This document shows positions 62,249 through 63,319 of a stretch of 63,319 nucleotides of DNA, one piece after another (position 1 is the stretch's first letter; each line of letters begins with the position of its first letter). The stretch lies in NCBI GenBank assembly GCA_025451455.1, contig JANWKI010000133.1:1-63319 (forward strand), in the 5' to 3' direction. The position numbers were made by a program, and so were the translations under genes. The DNA comes from Ignavibacteria bacterium. GTDB taxonomy: Bacteria > Bacteroidota > Ignavibacteria > Tepidaquicellales > OLB5. A model generated the notes under the pieces. The model was given only the letters and a program-made list of their open reading frames with translations, had not been told where the DNA came from and ran no database searches.

Positions 62249-63319
62249 ATGAACAAAATAAAAAATCTTATGAAATTTTTGCTTTTGGTAACTGTTTTTT
62301 TTGCAGCAGGGATGTTTTCCTGCGGTAAGAAATCCGATGATACCGGAAGCAAGACAGAATCCGGCAATGCAGAAATTGTCAGTATCGATGAAAATGATCT
62401 CAATGAAAGCGATGAGGACCTTCTTACTGTAGATTACAAGGAGTTTTATGATGAACTTGCGCCGCACGGAGAGTGGATAGAGGTGACTGACAGGGATATT
62501 GGTGTTGAACTTAAGGGCGGTACAGCTTCAGGTAAAAGCGAAAACCGGAAGATCTCTCTTGCTGATCTATTCGGTGTTAAGGATGCACACGCATATGATG
62601 ATGTAAGCTTTGGATCATTCTTTGTATGGAGACCCTCCCCGGGATTAGCAGTAGGCCTATCAGTAGCCGAGCCTGAGCCGACCTATGTACCATATTCCAA
62701 CGGACAGTGGACGTATACTGATGCCGGCTGGTATTTCAGGGCAGCTTCTCCTTATGAGGAAATTGTGCATCATCACGGAAGGTGGATTTATTCACCTTCG
62801 CTTGGCTGGATGTGGGTACCGGGCAGAGTATGGTCCCCGGCATGGGTCGATTGGAGAGAAAATGATAATTACATATCATGGGCGCCGATACCTCCAAGCG
62901 TTTATGTTGTAAATAACGTAGTAATTGTTCCGCCTATTTATGAAGAAAGGTACATTGTAGTTGAAAACAGGTATTTTCTTGAACCCTTTATCTACAAGCA
63001 TCATCATAAAGATAAATATTGGTTAGGTGACTGGCGGAGAATTGACGGTTTGGTTGTAGTTAATAACAGGGTTATCGATAGAGGACCGGATGTAACGATG
63101 ATAAGGAACATTACAGGCAAGGAAGTCAATTCTGTGAGCATTGAGCGGGTAAAGGATATGAAGAAAATGAATTATTCGGATAAGGAACTCAGCGTTTTCA
63201 GCCCTGATTTCAGGAAGATCAAAACTGATAAGAAAATAAAGAAGCCTGATATCAAGCCGGATAAATTTGTTAACTTTGAAGAAAAAAAGAGTAACCATAA
63301 AGAAAGATCTGCCGGAAGC
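62249..63319 (+). CDS. lipoprotein with a Trp/Pro-rich repeat region (3' end runs off the window; absent from the ORF track)
   Basis: I translated 357 codons without a stop from the ATG at 62249 to base 63319: MNKIKNLMKFLLLVTVFFAAGMFSCGKK... (lipobox) ... YSNGQWTYTDAGWYFRAASPYEEIVHHHGRWIYSPSLGWMWVPGRVWSPAWVDWRENDNYISWAPIPP... Confidence 0.65.
   Translation, partial: MNKIKNLMKFLLLVTVFFAAGMFSCGKKSDDTGSKTESGNAEIVSIDENDLNESDEDLLTVDYKEFYDELAPHGEWIEVTDRDIGVELKGGTASGKSENRKISLADLFGVKDAHAYDDVSFGSFFVWRPSPGLAVGLSVAEPEPTYVPYSNGQWTYTDAGWYFRAASPYEEIVHHHGRWIYSPSLGWMWVPGRVWSPAWVDWRENDNYISWAPIPPSVYVVNNVVIVPPIYEERYIVVENRYFLEPFIYKHHHKDKYWLGDWRRIDGLVVVNNRVIDRGPDVTMIRNITGKEVNSVSIERVKDMKKMNYSDKELSVFSPDFRKIKTDKKIKKPDIKPDKFVNFEEKKSNHKERSAGS

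Noticed and set aside
1-63319. Search for CRISPR arrays, transposases, integrases, toxin-antitoxin pairs or known defence-system genes
   Set aside because: I saw no regularly spaced short direct repeats with unique spacers. No translation in the ORF track resembles Cas proteins, DDE or serine/tyrosine recombinases, restriction enzymes or typical defence ATPases.

Overview
AT-rich bacterial chromosome segment. The many C-terminal sorting domains of the type IX secretion (T9SS, Por_Secre_tail) kind, the gene content and the mixed use of strong Shine-Dalgarno sites suggest the FCB group, possibly Ignavibacteria-like; this is an inference, not a search result.

Layout:
- 1-17.3 kb: housekeeping genes. 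These are a 2-oxoacid:ferredoxin oxidoreductase, rlmD, kdsD-lptC-OstA-like, two HU-like proteins, lnt, ispF, radA, fbp and a PDZ-GAF-PP2C phosphatase.
- 17.39-17.64 kb: a tRNA locus with a decayed tRNA-Phe copy, tRNA-Phe and tRNA-Pro. It is followed by two gene cassettes bracketed by repeats that contain tRNA-like fragments.
- 21.3-31.3 kb and 39.1-43.7 kb: two arrays of T9SS-cargo genes, mostly Asp-box beta-propellers. The first is headed by a TrmB-type regulator.
- 31.3-38.8 kb: a redox/sulfur island between the two arrays. It carries thioredoxin, DUF2892, an octaheme cytochrome, a split YeeE/YedE pair with an inactive rhodanese domain, a nine-heme c/b-type fusion cytochrome, MarR and OsmC. 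One 17-bp palindromic operator occurs five times across it.
- 44.2-63.3 kb: a region organised around a 1516-aa multi-PAS/GAF histidine kinase and an NtrC-type sigma-54 activator.

Main finding: in that last region I read four copies of one composite regulatory module, a TGACA-N4-TGTCA palindrome 59-70 bp upstream of a TGGCA(C/T)-N5-TTG -24/-12 element. These modules sit in front of small membrane proteins, hydrophilic and basic small proteins, beta-barrel proteins, a CheY-like receiver and a methyltransferase-GH130-GT4 string; an ECF sigma factor and a YtxH protein lie in the same region downstream of a terminator. I consider this putative sigma-54 stress/envelope regulon, together with the operator-linked multiheme/YeeE island, the most interesting content.

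I saw no CRISPR array, transposase, integrase or recognisable defence system. All calls come from reading the sequence and the translations; no database search was run.
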